Of a stretch of 64,000 nucleotides of DNA, positions 12,217 through 29,527 are shown piece after piece. Source of the DNA: Escherichia coli (lineage in GTDB: Bacteria; Pseudomonadota; Gammaproteobacteria; Enterobacterales; Enterobacteriaceae); the NCBI RefSeq assembly GCF_003334255.1, contig NZ_QOWU01000001.1; one strand, given 5' to 3'. The notes beneath the pieces are model-generated. The model did no database searches. It saw only the letters and a program-made list of their open reading frames with translations, and was not told the origin of the DNA. A program made the translations under genes and the position numbers. Within the stretch, counting starts at the first letter, position 1. Each line of letters begins with the position of its first letter.

Positions 12217-13408
12217 GCAACTCTGGCGCTGGCATGGCATAACCGGCGACGGCAATGCGCAAGATGGGATGCTATGGGCAGAGAGCCGTACTTTACTGCT
12301 TATGGCACTACAGCAACAGATGGTTACCCCACTAAGCCTGAAGCGAATCGCCATCAATTCTGCGCAGTGGCGAGGAGATAAAAGCGCGGAAGTCATTCAT
12401 CAACTGGCGACGCTACTCAAAGCAGGGTTAACGCTTTCTGAAGGGCTGGCTCTGCTGGCGGAACAGCATCCCAGTAAGCAATGGCAAGCGTTGCTGCAAT
12501 CGCTGGCGCACGATCTCGAACAGGGCATTGCTTTTTCCAATGCCTTATTACCCTGGTCAGAGGTATTTCCGCCGCTCTATCAGGCGATGATCCGCACGGG
12601 TGAACTGACCGGTAAGCTGGATGAATGCTGCTTTGAACTGGCGCGTCAGCAAAAAGCCCAGCGTCAGTTGACCGACAAAGTGAAATCAGCGTTACGTTAT
12701 CCCATCATCATTTTAGCGATGGCAATCATGGTGGTTGTGGCAATGCTGCATTTTGTTCTGCCGGAGTTTGCCGCTATCTATAAGACCTTCAACACCCCAC
12801 TACCGGCACTAACGCAGGGGATCATGACGCTGGCAGACTTTAGTGGCGAATGGAGCTGGCTGCTGGTGTTGTTCGGCTTTCTGCTGGCGATAGCCAATAA
12901 GTTGCTGATGCGCCGACCGACCTGGCTTATAGTGCGGCAGAAATTGCTGTTACGCATCCCGATTATGGGTTCACTGATGCGGGGACAAAAACTCACGCAG
13001 ATCTTTACGATTCTGGCGCTGACACAAAGTGCAGGCATTACTTTTTTACAGGGCGTAGAGAGCGTCAGAGAAACAATGCGCTGCCCGTACTGGGTGCAAC
13101 TTCTGACACAAATCCAGCACGATATCAGTAACGGTCAACCCATCTGGCTGGCGCTAAAAAATACCGGTGAGTTTAGCCCGCTCTGTTTGCAATTAGTGAG
13201 AACAGGAGAGGCATCCGGCTCTCTGGATCTCATGTTAGACAACCTCGCCCATCATCATCGGGAAAACACAATGGCGCTGGCGGATAACCTCGCAGCCTTA
13301 CTGGAACCGGCGTTGCTGATCATAACGGGAGGAATTATTGGTACGCTGGTGGTGGCAATGTATCTGCCAATTTTCCATTTAGGCGATGCGATGAGTGGGA
13401 TGGGATAA
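12206..13408 (+). CDS. hofC: type IV pilus inner-membrane platform protein, GspF/PilC family (400 aa)
   Basis: ORF track; overlaps the hofB 3' end by 11 bp; polytopic membrane protein. Confidence 0.93.
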   Translation: MASKQLWRWHGITGDGNAQDGMLWAESRTLLLMALQQQMVTPLSLKRIAINSAQWRGDKSAEVIHQLATLLKAGLTLSEGLALLAEQHPSKQWQALLQSLAHDLEQGIAFSNALLPWSEVFPPLYQAMIRTGELTGKLDECCFELARQQKAQRQLTDKVKSALRYPIIILAMAIMVVVAMLHFVLPEFAAIYKTFNTPLPALTQGIMTLADFSGEWSWLLVLFGFLLAIANKLLMRRPTWLIVRQKLLLRIPIMGSLMRGQKLTQIFTILALTQSAGITFLQGVESVRETMRCPYWVQLLTQIQHDISNGQPIWLALKNTGEFSPLCLQLVRTGEASGSLDLMLDNLAHHHRENTMALADNLAALLEPALLIITGGIIGTLVVAMYLPIFHLGDAMSGMG

Positions 13409-13436
13409 CGCTGGCGTGTTGCTCCACGCCAGCGTT
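13407..13436. terminator. stem-loop between convergent hofC and guaC
   Basis: AACGCTGGCGTG ttgctc CACGCCAGCGTT, a perfect 12-bp inverted repeat starting at the hofC stop and ending 7 bp before the guaC stop. Confidence 0.7.
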
Positions 13437-13442
13437 GGGAGA

Positions 13443-14486
13443 TTACAGGTTGTTGAAGATGCGGTTTTCTTGTTCCTGCACACGAATAAACGTGGTGCGC
13501 TTGGTCAGCTCTTTCAGGCGTGAAGCCCCAACGTATGTACAAGCTGAACGCAGGCCGCCCAAAATATCTCGCGCGGTATTTTCAACCGGGCCTCGCAGCG
13601 GCAGCTTAACGGTTTTACCTTCTGCTGCGCGATATTCCGCAACGCCGCCAACGTGACGTTTCATCGCAGACTCGGAGCTCATGCCGTAGAACAGCATAAA
13701 TTTCTCGCCGTTCTCCTCAACGATGCGACCGCCGCTCTCTTCGTGGCCCGCCAGCATGCCGCCAAGCATGACGAAATCGGCACCGCCGCCAAAGGCTTTC
13801 GCCACATCGCCCGGCGTGGTGCAGCCACCATCGCTGACGATCATTCCGCCCAGACCGTGCGCAGCATCGGCACATTCGATTACCGCAGAAAGTTGCGGAT
13901 AACCGACGCCTGTTTTGACGCGAGTTGTACAAACAGAACCTGGGCCAATGCCAACTTTAACGATATCGGCACCTGAGAGGATAAGCTCCTCACACATTTC
14001 ACCAGTCACTACGTTACCAGCACAAATGGTTTTGGTCGGCCACGCTTCACGCGCTTTCGCAACGAACTGCACGAAGTGTTCGGAATAACCATTCGCCACG
14101 TCAATACAAACGAAGTTTAATGCCGGGTTCAGGTCGAGAATCTGTTTAGTTTTTTCGAAATCCGCATCAGACGTACCGGTAGAAACCATCACATGTTTCA
14201 GCACATCAGCGGAAGAATTGTTGATAAACGCTTGCCACTCTTCGACAGAATAGTGTTTATGCACAGCAGTCAAAATATCAAAAGAAGCCAGCGCAGAGGC
14301 CATAGAAAATGTGCCTACGGTGTCCATATTTGCGGCGATAATCGGCACGCCGGACCAGCTCTGACCTGAATGTTTGAAGGTGAATTGACGTTCCAGTTCA
14401 ACATCGGAACGGCTTTTAAGAGTGGAGCGTTTAGGGCGGATGAGAACGTCTTTAAAACCTAACTTCAGATCTTCTTCAATACGCAT
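13443..14486 (-). CDS. guaC: GMP reductase (347 aa)
   Basis: ORF track; [35 protein letters not shown]; IMPDH/GMPR fold. Confidence 0.96.
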
Positions 14487-14710
14487 GTGCGGATTCCTGG
14501 GGTTAATGGCTATAAGGGTAAGAGCGCAACTCCAGTGACGCTATCATACGCACTAATCAATGCGGCGCAAGACTGCGAAATTGTCTTTTTTTACGCTACA
14601 ATCCCATAAATTTACCTGGTAAATAGTGAGCGAACGTTTCATCAATTTCGCTTTCGTGCACTCATTTTTAACGTTTTGATAATCATGATGAATTCCCGGG
14701 AATATAAATT

Positions 14711-15331
14711 ATGAGGTATATAGTTGCCTTAACGGGAGGCATTGGCAGTGGCAAGAGTACCGTTGCCAATGCGTTTGCTGATCTCGGAATTAACGTCATT
14801 GATGCCGATATTATTGCGCGTCAGGTGGTTGAACCAGGTGCACCTGCGCTACATGCCATTGCTGATCACTTTGGCGCTAACATGATTGCTGCTGATGGAA
14901 CATTGCAGCGCCGGGCCTTGCGCGAGCGGATCTTCGCCAACCCGGAAGAGAAAAACTGGCTTAACGCCCTGCTGCATCCGCTGATTCAGCAAGAGACGCA
15001 ACACCAGATCCAGCAAGCTACTTCCCCCTATGTACTGTGGGTTGTGCCATTGCTGGTAGAAAACTCACTGTATAAAAAAGCGAATCGAGTGCTTGTGGTG
15101 GATGTCAGCCCAGAAACGCAACTTAAGCGCACCATGCAGCGCGATGATGTAACTCGCGAGCATGTCGAACAAATCCTTGCTGCTCAGGCAACGCGCGAAG
15201 CCCGCCTTGCCGTGGCAGATGACGTCATTGATAATAACGGCGCACCGGATGCTATCGCATCGGATGTTGCCCGCCTGCACGCACACTATTTGCAGCTTGC
15301 GTCGCAGTTTGTCTCACAGGAAAAACCGTAA
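14711..15331 (+). CDS. coaE: dephospho-CoA kinase (206 aa)
   Basis: ORF track; [26 protein letters not shown] with P-loop; stop overlaps the zapD start (TAATG). Confidence 0.95.
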
Positions 15332-16074
15332 TGCAGACCCAGGTCCTTTTTGAACATCCACTAAATGAAAAAATGCGTACATGGCTGCGCATTGAGTTTT
15401 TGATTCAGCAACTCACCGTTAATTTACCCATCGTTGACCACGCTGGCGCGCTGCATTTCTTCCGTAATGTCAGTGAATTACTGGATGTTTTCGAGCGCGG
15501 CGAAGTCCGCACTGAGCTGTTGAAAGAACTTGACCGGCAGCAACGTAAACTCCAGACCTGGATTGGCGTGCCTGGCGTGGACCAGAGCCGTATTGAAGCA
15601 TTAATTCAGCAGTTAAAAGCGGCGGGGAGCGTATTAATTTCCGCGCCGCGTATCGGGCAATTTCTGCGTGAAGATCGTTTGATTGCTCTGGTGCGTCAGC
15701 GACTGAGCATCCCAGGCGGCTGTTGCAGCTTTGATTTACCTACATTGCACATTTGGCTGCATCTACCCCAGGCGCAGCGCGACAGCCAGGTAGAAACCTG
15801 GATTGCCAGCCTGAACCCGCTCACCCAGGCACTTACCATGGTGCTGGATTTAATTCGCCAGTCGGCCCCCTTCCGTAAACAAACCAGCCTGAATGGTTTT
15901 TATCAGGATAACGGTGGCGATGCCGACTTGCTGCGCCTGAATCTGTCGCTCGATTCACAGCTTTATCCGCAAATTTCCGGACATAAGAGCCGTTTTGCCA
16001 TTCGTTTTATGCCGCTGGACACTGAAAACGGACAGGTACCGGAACGTCTGGATTTCGAACTGGCCTGTTGCTAA
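15331..16074 (+). CDS. zapD: cell division factor ZapD (247 aa)
   Basis: ORF track; [24 protein letters not shown]; sits between coaE and yacG. Confidence 0.93.
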
Positions 16075-16083
16075 GGAGTAAAA

Positions 16084-16281
16084 ATGTCAGAAACTATTAC
16101 GGTGAATTGCCCAACCTGCGGGAAAACGGTGGTGTGGGGTGAAATCAGCCCGTTTCGGCCATTTTGCTCCAAACGTTGTCAGCTGATCGACCTCGGAGAA
16201 TGGGCTGCTGAAGAAAAACGAATCCCCAGCAGTGGCGATCTTTCCGAAAGCGATGACTGGAGCGAAGAACCAAAGCAGTGA
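16084..16281 (+). CDS. yacG: DNA gyrase inhibitor YacG, zinc-binding (65 aa)
   Basis: ORF track; [41 protein letters not shown] with a Cys4 motif. Confidence 0.92.
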
Positions 16282-16286
16282 CATTT

Positions 16287-16496
<210 letters not shown>

Positions 16497-16500
<4 letters not shown>

Positions 16501-16886
16501 AGACGTTTAAGCTTCGCAATTACCGGTTCATTGGCTGGCGGAAAATCATCGGCATTAAGACCGACCAGCGACATCCACTCACCGGGTTGCCCTTCTTTAC
16601 CCCACGGCTCCCCTTCCCAGCGTTCGACCAGCCAAAACCACAGTGTTATATGCCTGTCCGGGAATTCATATTCCAGTTTTTCAAATAGCGAAAAATGTTG
16701 GGGGGTAATCCCGACTTCTTCCTGAAGTTCACGCACCACCGCCTGTTCCGGCGTTTCACCCATTTCAATTTTACCGCCGGGAAACTCCAGTTTATTCGCC
16801 ATGTGCGCATCTGCTGCGCGACGCGTTATAAAGATTTCATTGTTCTCGTTGCGAATAATACCTACCGCAATTTGCAGCTTTTTCAT
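16497..16886 (-). CDS. mutT: 8-oxo-dGTP diphosphatase, Nudix (129 aa)
   Basis: ORF track; MKKLQIAVGIIRNENNEIFITRRAADAHMANKLEFPGGKIEMGETPEQAVVRELQEEVG (Nudix box). Confidence 0.96.
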
Positions 16887-16945
16887 TGTCTTAAACCTAT
16901 AAAAAAGGCGCAGAATCCTGCGCCTTTTACTTCAACAGTTAGCTT

Positions 16946-19651
16946 TTATTGCAGGCGGCCATGGCACTGCTTGTATTTTTTACCAGAACCGCACGGGCAA
17001 GGATCGTTACGTCCTACTTTGCGCTCTCCGGTTTGCGCCGCCAGTGCAGCTGCGGCTGCAGAGTCGTCATCCTGATGGCTAAGCTGCTGCATTTGCGCTA
17101 AACGCTCGGCTTCCATACGACGCTGTTGTTCCAGCTCCTCAACCTCTTCAGGCATACGTACCTGAACTTTGCTCAGCGTACTGATAACTTCATATTTCAA
17201 CGACTCCAGCATCGCTGCAAACATGGAGAACGATTCACGTTTGTATTCCTGCTTCGGATCTTTCTGTGCGTAGCCACGCAGGTGGATACCCTGACGCAGA
17301 TAGTCCATCGCTGCCAGGTGCTCTTTCCACAGGGAGTCAAGCGTTTGCAGCATGACGCCTTTCTCGAAGTGACGCATCATCTCAGCACCAACCACTTCTT
17401 CTTTACGCTGATACACTTCGATGGACTGCGCCAGAATGCGCTCACGCAGCGTCTCTTCATGCAGTTCTGGTTCTTTATCCAGCCACTCGGCAATTGGCAA
17501 ATCGAGGTCGAAATCGTTCTTCAGACGTTCCTGCAGCCCCGGAATATCCCACATTTCTTCCAGCGACTGTGGTGGAATGTAGGCATCAATGGTCGCTTTG
17601 AACACATCTTCACGAATGCTGTTAATGGTTTCGCTCACATCGCTGACATCCAACAGTTCGTTACGCTGGGAGTAAATGGCGCGACGCTGATCGTTAGCCA
17701 CGTCATCATATTCCAGCAGTTGCTTACGAATGTCGAAGTTACGGCTTTCAACTTTACGCTGGGCGTTGGCAATCGCTTTAGTCACCCACGGGTGTTCAAT
17801 GGCTTCGCCTGGCTTCATACCCAGTTTACGCATCATGCCGGATACTCGGTCGGAAGCAAAAATACGCATCAGCGCATCTTCCATCGACAGGTAGAAACGG
17901 GAAGAACCAGCATCCCCCTGACGACCAGAACGACCGCGCAACTGGTTATCGATACGACGGGATTCGTGACGCTCGGTACCGATGATATGCAGGCCACCTG
18001 CTTCCAGTACCGCATCGTGACGTACCTGCCAGTCGGCTTTAATTTTTTCAATTTGCTCTGCGGTCGGATTTTCCAGCGCGGCAACTTCTGCCTGCCAGCT
18101 ACCACCGAGCACAATATCTGTACCACGACCCGCCATATTGGTCGCGATAGTCACCGCAGCCGGATAACCTGCCTGAGCAACAATCGCCGCTTCGTTGGCG
18201 TGGAATTTGGCGTTCAGGACGTTGTGCTTAATACCGGCTTTGGTCAGTTCGTTTGACACCAGCTCCGATTTTTCGATGGAGATAGTACCCACCAGCACCG
18301 GCTGGCCTTTCGCAGTACGTTCTTTGATATCTTCAATGATCGCCTGAATTTTTTCCGCTTCAGTCATGTAGACCAGGTCCGGCAGATCTTTACGAATCAT
18401 TGGACGGTTGGTCGGAACAACGACGGTATCCAGCTTGTAGATTGAGCTAAATTCGAAAGCTTCGGTATCAGCAGTACCGGTCATCCCCGCCAGTTTTTCA
18501 TACAGACGGAAGTAGTTCTGGAAGGTGATCGAAGCCAGCGTTTGGTTTTCGTTCTGGATCTGCACACCTTCTTTCGCTTCCACAGCCTGGTGCAGACCAT
18601 CGGACCAGCGACGGCCCTGCATGGTACGACCGGTGTGTTCGTCAACGATGATAACTTCACCATCTTTAACGATGTAGTCGACGTCACGGGTAAACAGCGC
18701 ATGAGCGCGCAGCGCCGCCGTTACGTGGTGCATCAGCATGATGTTGGCCGGAGAGTACAGAGACTCCCCTTCATCCATGATGCCCTCTTTCACCAGCAGT
18801 TCTTCAATCAGCACCAGACCACGTTCGGTCAGGTTCACCTGGCGAGATTTTTCGTCCACCGAGAAGTGGCCTTCGCCCTGGAAGGTTTCGGAGTCTTCTT
18901 TTTCCTGACGGATCAGGTGCGGAATAATTTTATTCACGCGTTTATACATTTCCGAGCTGTCTTCTGCCGGGCCGGAAATGATCAGCGGTGTACGCGCTTC
19001 ATCGATCAGGATGGAGTCCACTTCGTCCACCAGCGCATAGTGCAGTTTACGCTGTACACGTTCTTCAGGGCTGAACGCCATGTTGTCGCGCAGGTAGTCA
19101 AAGCCGTATTCGTTGTTCGTACCGTAAGTGATGTCAGCTGCGTAAGCTTCGCGCTTTGCCGGTGCTGGCATGCCCGGCAGGTTGATACCGACAGTCAGGC
19201 CAAGGAATTCAAACAGCGGACGGTTGTTTTCGGCGTCACGTTGCGCCAGGTAGTCGTTGACGGTAACTACGTGCACGCCTTTACCGGTTAGTGCGTTCAG
19301 GTAAGCAGGCAGCGTTGCGGTCAGGGTTTTTCCTTCACCGGTACGCATTTCGGCGATGCAGCGTTCGTTAAGAACCATACCGCCGAGTAACTGAACGTCG
19401 AAGTGACGCATACCAAAGACGCGCTTACTTGCCTCACGTACCACGGCGAAAGCTTCCGGGATCAGATTTTCCAGCACTTCGCCTTTTTCCAGACGTGCAC
19501 GAAACTCTGCGGTTTTCCCTTTCAGTTCTTCGTCGGAGAGTTTTTCCATCTCCGGTTCCATGGCATTGATGATGTTGACCACTTTGCGCATCCGGCGCAG
19601 GGTGCGATCGTTACGACTACCGAAAACTTTAGTTAACAATTTGATTAGCAT
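16946..19651 (-). CDS. secA: preprotein translocase ATPase SecA (901 aa)
   Basis: ORF track; [29 protein letters not shown]; C-terminal zinc-binding [14 protein letters not shown]. Confidence 0.97.
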
Positions 19652-19712
19652 AATAAAATCTCAAACGCCCCGCGTTGCGGAGTTAATAAAATGAAGTAAA
19701 GGTTTATTGTTG

Positions 19713-20393
<681 letters not shown>

Positions 20394-20455
20394 TCACCTG
20401 GCCGGAGAGAGTGCCAGATTTGCCAGTCGAATTTTATACGACAGTATAAATGTCG

Positions 20456-21394
<939 letters not shown>

Positions 21395-21473
21395 CTATCC
21401 AACCGAAGTGTACTATACATTCGGCGGGCCAGTTTAGCACAAAGAGCCTCGAAACCCAAATTCCAGTCAATTC

Positions 21474-22625
21474 TTAATCAGCTTGCTTACGCAGGAATGC
21501 TGGGATATCCAGATAATCCGGCTCTTTCGCAGTTTGCGGCGCATTGTCATTCACGACTTTAGCAACCGGCTTCTGCTCCTGGGTCAGCGGAGCCATCCCA
21601 TGCTGCTGGTAGCGATCCATCACTGGCTGCTGAACCTGCTTATTGGTCACCAGAGTGATTTCAGGACGTTTGTCCATGCCGATACCTGTCGCAACAACGG
21701 TTACGCGCAGCTCGTCATTCATATCCGGGTCAAGAGAAGTACCGATAACCACAGTCGCGTTGTCGGAAGCAAATGCACGGATGGTGTTACCTACCGTTTC
21801 GAACTCATCCAGACGCAGGTCGAAGCCCGCCGTGATGTTAACCAGCACGCCGCGCGCGCCAGACAGGTCGATATCTTCCAGCAGCGGAGAAGAGATAGCC
21901 ATTTCAGCAGCTTCTTCCGCACGGTCTTCACCGCTCGCCACGCCAGAACCCATCATTGCGTAGCCCATCTCAGACATTACGGTGCGTACGTCTGCAAAGT
22001 CCACGTTCATCAAACCCGGACGAGTAATCAGTTCAGCGATACCTTGCACAGCGCCTTTCAGTACATCGTTCGCTGCGCCAAACGCATCCAGCAGGGAGAT
22101 ACCGCGGCCCAGAACTTTCAGCAGTTTGTCGTTCGGGATAGTGATCAGAGAGTCCACATGCTTGGACAGTTCAGTGATCCCCTGCTCCGCGAATGCCATA
22201 CGCTTCTTGCCTTCAAAGTTGAAAGGCTTAGTGACGACAGCAACGGTCAGGATACCCAAATCTTTTGCCACTTCAGCGACGACTGGTGCTGCACCTGTAC
22301 CGGTACCACCACCCATACCCGCAGCAATAAAGACCATGTCTGCACCTTCCAGCGCCGCACGCAATGCATCGCGATCCTCATCAGCCGCATTGCGGCCAAC
22401 TTCTGGATTAGCGCCAGCGCCCAGTCCTTTGGTGATACCGCTACCGATTTGAATCGTCTGTCCAACCGCTGTTTTACGCAGCGCTTGTGCATCGGTATTT
22501 ACCGCGAAGAATTCAACACCTTCAATGCGCTCGCGCACCATGTGTTCAACAGCATTACCGCCGCCGCCGCCGACGCCGATGACTTTAATCACCGCGTCAT
22601 TGGTAAGTTCCATTGGTTCAAACAT
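21474..22625 (-). CDS. ftsZ: cell division GTPase FtsZ (383 aa)
   Basis: ORF track; [30 protein letters not shown]; tubulin signature GGGTGTG. Confidence 0.98.
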
Positions 22626-22685
22626 AGTTTCTCTCCGATTTGTGCCTGTCGCCTGAGGCCGTAATCATCGTCGGCCTCATAAAAA

Positions 22686-23948
22686 TTAAAACTCTTTTCG
22701 CAGCCAACTATTGAGTCGCTTGATCCACGAGCCAACTGATGCTGTAACACGTTTTTCTACTTCAGCTTCACCGTTAAGATGTGACTCTTTCCCATAGTGA
22801 AGCAATCCCACCGCCGTCGAATAATACGGCTCCTGAGCATAATCCGTTAAACCGGTAATGTTCAGCGGCGCGCCGATACGCACTTGCGTATGAAACACGC
22901 GCTGAGCACAGGCTGCAAGACCTTCGATCTGCGCTGCGCCACCGGTTAATACAATGCCTGCCGCCAGGTGATGTTTAACCCCTTGTTGGCGAAGCTTTTC
23001 CTGCAACTGCAATATCTCTTCGTTGACCAGGTTGAGCAGCTCGGTATAGCGCGGCTCGATCACCTCTGCCAGTGTCTGACGTTGCAGACTCCGTGGCGGA
23101 CGACCACCTACGCTCGGCACTTCCACGCTCTCATCTTTTCCAACGATGGAACCCAGCGCACAACCGTGGCGAACTTTAATCGCTTCGGCGTCGCTTGGCG
23201 GCGTGCCAAAGGCGTAAGCGATATCACTGGTCACGACATTGCCAGCATAAGGAATTACCTTAGTGTGGCGCAATGCCCCACCGGTATAAACGGCGATATC
23301 CATTGTACCACCACCGATATCGACGACGCAGACACCCAGTTCACGTTCATCTTCCGTCAATACCGAATAACTTGATGCCAGTCCGGCAAATATCAGTTGG
23401 TCAACTTTCAGCCCACAACGTTCAACCGCTTTGACGATGTTTTTCGCCATATCGTTGTGACATGTGATCAGGTGCACTTTTGCCTGCATCCGCACGCCCG
23501 AAAGTCCTACCGGATTCTTGATCCCTTCCTGATAGTCAATCGCATACTCTTGCGGGATCACATGCAGCACACGATGCTCATCGCGCACACGCACCGATTT
23601 CGCGGTATGGACGACGTTTTCCACATCTTCTTGCGTCACTTCTTCTTCAGAAATAGGCACCATACCAATTTCATTCTGGCAGCTGATGTGCTTACCAGAA
23701 AGCGCCAGATATACCGAAGAGATCTGACAATCTGCCATCAATTCTGCCTGGTCAATGGCGCGTTGTACGCACTTGACCACGGATTCGAGGTCGTTCACCC
23801 CGCCTTTATCCATACCACGCGACGGGCAGCTGCCCACGCCAATGATATTGACCATACCGTCGGGCAGAACTTCCCCTACTAAAGCGGCAACCTTCGCGGT
23901 ACCAATCTCCAGTCCTACTACCAGTTTTCTGTCCGTCGCCTTGATCAT
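22686..23948 (-). CDS. ftsA: cell division protein FtsA (420 aa)
   Basis: ORF track; [31 protein letters not shown]; actin-like ATPase. Confidence 0.97.
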   Translation of the reverse strand: MIKATDRKLVVGLEIGTAKVAALVGEVLPDGMVNIIGVGSCPSRGMDKGGVNDLESVVKCVQRAIDQAELMADCQISSVYLALSGKHISCQNEIGMVPISEEEVTQEDVENVVHTAKSVRVRDEHRVLHVIPQEYAIDYQEGIKNPVGLSGVRMQAKVHLITCHNDMAKNIVKAVERCGLKVDQLIFAGLASSYSVLTEDERELGVCVVDIGGGTMDIAVYTGGALRHTKVIPYAGNVVTSDIAYAFGTPPSDAEAIKVRHGCALGSIVGKDESVEVPSVGGRPPRSLQRQTLAEVIEPRYTELLNLVNEEILQLQEKLRQQGVKHHLAAGIVLTGGAAQIEGLAACAQRVFHTQVRIGAPLNITGLTDYAQEPYYSTAVGLLHYGKESHLNGEAEVEKRVTASVGSWIKRLNSWLRKEF

Positions 23949-24775
23949 TGTTGTTCTGCCTGTGCCTGATTTTGTTGCTGAGTAGATTCCTCTGGCGGCA
24001 AGGGCGCCCAGCCTACTGCCGCTCCAGAGTCATAACGCAAATCAACGTAGCTAATCCGTTTGCCATCGGTTTGCGCCTGCTGCTGTAAAACCGGATAAAG
24101 TTCTACAAAGCGAGCCAAACGTTTCATCGTATCGCCCCGGCCAAGATTGAGCTTAATATCGTTATTCAGCGTCAACTGCCAGGAACGCCGCGCGGTCATC
24201 GCCGCTTCCTTCAGAGTAAATCTGTCCTTTGCCAGCATCTGCCCCATTTCGCGATAGCCCTGCAACACTTCATTGGCGCTGCCTTCCGGGCCATACAGCA
24301 TTGGAAGCACCTGCTTGCTGGTGCGTTCTGGCGGCACGCTGAAGGTATTTCCTTCCGCGTCTACCATATGTTGATCATTCCACCGCGCAATCGGCACATA
24401 TTCAACCAGATGAATCTTCAATTCATCAGGCCACTGCTTTCTGACGCTCACCTGCTTAATCCACGGCAGGCGTTGTTCTATTTGCGTCTGGATGATGTTG
24501 ACATCCTGGGTCATAAAGGTACCCGGCTCACCCAATGCCAGGATCGACTGCCGGATATCGTCATTACGTGTGTAATGGCGTTCACCGGTCAACACCAGCT
24601 TTGAGAGCGGCAGGCGTTGCGCATCTTCCATCCAGCCCAACACGACCCAGCCGCTCACCAACACTGTCGTTAAAACGGTCAGCAGGAAAAGGATCCCCGC
24701 CAGACGCGTTCCATTATTGCGGCGAGAAGAAACCTCTTCTTCGCTGTTTCGCGTGTTCAGAGCAGCCTGCGACAT
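23945..24775 (-). CDS. ftsQ: cell division protein FtsQ (276 aa)
   Basis: ORF track; 4-bp overlap with the ftsA start; single TM segment then POTRA-like domain. Confidence 0.94.
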   Translation of the reverse strand: MSQAALNTRNSEEEVSSRRNNGTRLAGILFLLTVLTTVLVSGWVVLGWMEDAQRLPLSKLVLTGERHYTRNDDIRQSILALGEPGTFMTQDVNIIQTQIEQRLPWIKQVSVRKQWPDELKIHLVEYVPIARWNDQHMVDAEGNTFSVPPERTSKQVLPMLYGPEGSANEVLQGYREMGQMLAKDRFTLKEAAMTARRSWQLTLNNDIKLNLGRGDTMKRLARFVELYPVLQQQAQTDGKRISYVDLRYDSGAAVGWAPLPPEESTQQQNQAQAEQQ

Positions 24776-24776
24776 A

Positions 24777-27165
<2,389 letters not shown>

Positions 27166-27218
27166 TCTTTACGCCATTAACTTCTTAAATTCATACGATG
27201 CAAAAGGCATCGCTACAA

Positions 27219-28286
27219 TTACGCCCGGGCAACCCGGCTCACTTCATTTGCCACTCGCTCGGTGGCATCCGGAATGGATGCAGCGCGGGCGCGTTCTGCC
27301 ATGGTTAATAAGGTTTCTCGCGACCACCCGGCCAGGGTGTTGGCGACAGCATCCACGCTAAGCTGTGGCTGCTCGATAATTTTGGCTGCGCCCGCTTTTT
27401 CCAGCGGTAGCGCATTCCAGTATTGCTGGCGGTCTTTATGTTGAAACGGCACAAACAACGCCGGTAGTCCTGCCGCGGCGATTTCACTCACCGTTAACGC
27501 ACCGGAGCGGCAAACGACGACATCCGCCCACGCATACGCCGCCGCCATATCATCAATAAATTCCGTCACTTTATGCTGCGGTTGCCCCGCTTCGGCATAC
27601 GCCTGTTCAACGGATTGTTGCGAACCTTTGCCGCTCTGATGCCAGATAGTGACTGAATCACCCAGTTTCGCAGCAACCTGCGGCATTGTCTGGTTAAGAA
27701 TGCGTGCGCCCTGAGAACCACCCACTACCAGCACACGAACCGGACCTTCACGTCCAGCCAAACGTTGCTGCGGCAACGGCAGCGCCAACACATCGGTACG
27801 CACCGGGTTACCCACTACTTCCGCATTAGGGAAAGCACCTGGAAACGCCTGCATCACTTTGGTGGCAATCTTCGCCAGCCATTTATTGGTTAAGCCCGCA
27901 ATACCGTTTTGTTCATGAAGTACAACCGGAATGCCTAACGACCACGCGGCCAGACCACCTGGACCTGACACGTAGCCTCCCATACCGAGCACCACGTCAG
28001 GTTTGTACGCTTTCATAATCGCCCGCGCCTGACGCCAGGCGTTGAAGATACGCAGCGGGGCAGCTATCAGTGCTTTTATACCTTTTCCACGCAGACCAGA
28101 GATACGAATGAAATCAATTTCGATGCCATGTTTTGGCACTAAGTCCGCTTCCATACGGTCGGCAGTCCCCAGCCAGCGAACTTGCCAACCCTGAGCCATT
28201 AGATGGTGCGCAACCGCCAGTCCCGGGAATACATGTCCACCGGTTCCGCCTGCCATCACCATTAATCGCTTTCCTTGACCACTCAT
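27219..28286 (-). CDS. murG: undecaprenyl-PP-MurNAc-pentapeptide GlcNAc transferase (355 aa)
   Basis: ORF track; [40 protein letters not shown]. Confidence 0.96.
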
Positions 28287-29527
28287 CGTGAACCTCGTAC
28301 AAACGCCTGCGCTTTCTCCAGACGCGTTTCATAATCAATACGCAACAGCATCATGATGGCTGTCGACATAATCAGTAAGCTCGAACCACCGTAACTGATC
28401 AGCGGCAATGTCAGACCTTTGGTCGGTAACATCCCCGCCGCCGCGCCTACGTTAACCAGCGCCTGGAAGCTAAACCAGATGCCAATAGAACAGGCGAGAA
28501 AACCGGAAAAACGGTGGTCAATTTCTAATGCTTTACGGCCAATCGACATCGCGCGAAAAGCGACGAAGAATACCATTAAAAGTGCCAGCACCACACCGAC
28601 ATACCCCAGTTCTTCGCCGATAATGGCGAAAATAAAGTCAGTGTGCGCTTCCGGCAGATACTCCAGTTTTTGTACCGAGTTACCTAAACCTTGCCCCCAA
28701 AGTTCGCCGCGACCAAACGCCATCAGCGATTGCGTTAACTGATAGCCGCTGCCAAAGGGATCTTCCCACGGGTTCCAGAATGCGGTAACACGGCGGATAC
28801 GGTACGGTTCGGCGAGTATCAGCAACACAACCGCTGAAATGCCCATACCGATAATGGCAATGAACTGCCACAATTTCGCTCCCGCCAGGAACAACATCGC
28901 CAGCGTAGTCACAAACAACACCACCACCGTACCAAGGTCTGGCTGTGCCAGCAGTAACACTGCCAACACCAGAATCACGCCCATCGGTTTCAGGAAGCCG
29001 CGCAGGTTATTACGTACTTCGTCGCCTTTACGCACCAGATAGTTGGCGATATAGCAAAACAGCGACAGTTTTGTCAGCTCCGCAGGCTGGATACGCAGCA
29101 AACCGAGATCGATCCAACGCGATGCCCCTTTAACCGAGCTACCCACTACCAGGACGATCATCAGCAGGATGATAGATCCGAGCAGCATCGTGGCACTGTA
29201 GCGTTGCCAGAACTCCATCGGCAGACGCAGCGTAATGATCGCCAGAATAAACGCCAAAATCAGATAGACACCATCACGCTTCGCGAAGAAGAACGGATCG
29301 TTGGTTAAGCGTTGCCCTATGGGCATTGACGCCGAGGTCACCATGATAAAGCCAATCGCCGCGAGGCCGAAGGTCAGCCACAGTAAAGTGCGATCGTACA
29401 TGATCAGGCTGTCGGTATCTTTTTCCCGCGAGCCCATCACCCAGCCCTTTAGCGCCGTGGAGATCCAGACCAGGATACTGAATCCTGGCAGGCGCGGCAT
29501 TTTCAGGCGAGGGAGAGATAAACGCAT
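28283..29527 (-). CDS. ftsW: lipid II flippase / peptidoglycan glycosyltransferase FtsW, SEDS family (414 aa)
   Basis: ORF 28283..29530 (TTG start) trimmed by one codon to the ATG at 29525..29527 ([19 protein letters not shown]); overlaps murD and murG. Confidence 0.93.

Noticed and set aside
17126-18256. 376-aa plus-strand ORF
   Set aside because: Antisense to secA
21483-22664. 393-aa plus-strand ORF
   Set aside because: Antisense to ftsZ; spans almost exactly the ftsZ interval
22626-22700. Possible antisense sRNA (StfZ) at the ftsA-ftsZ junction
   Set aside because: Only vaguely recalled from the literature; no promoter or terminator readable by eye, so not annotated
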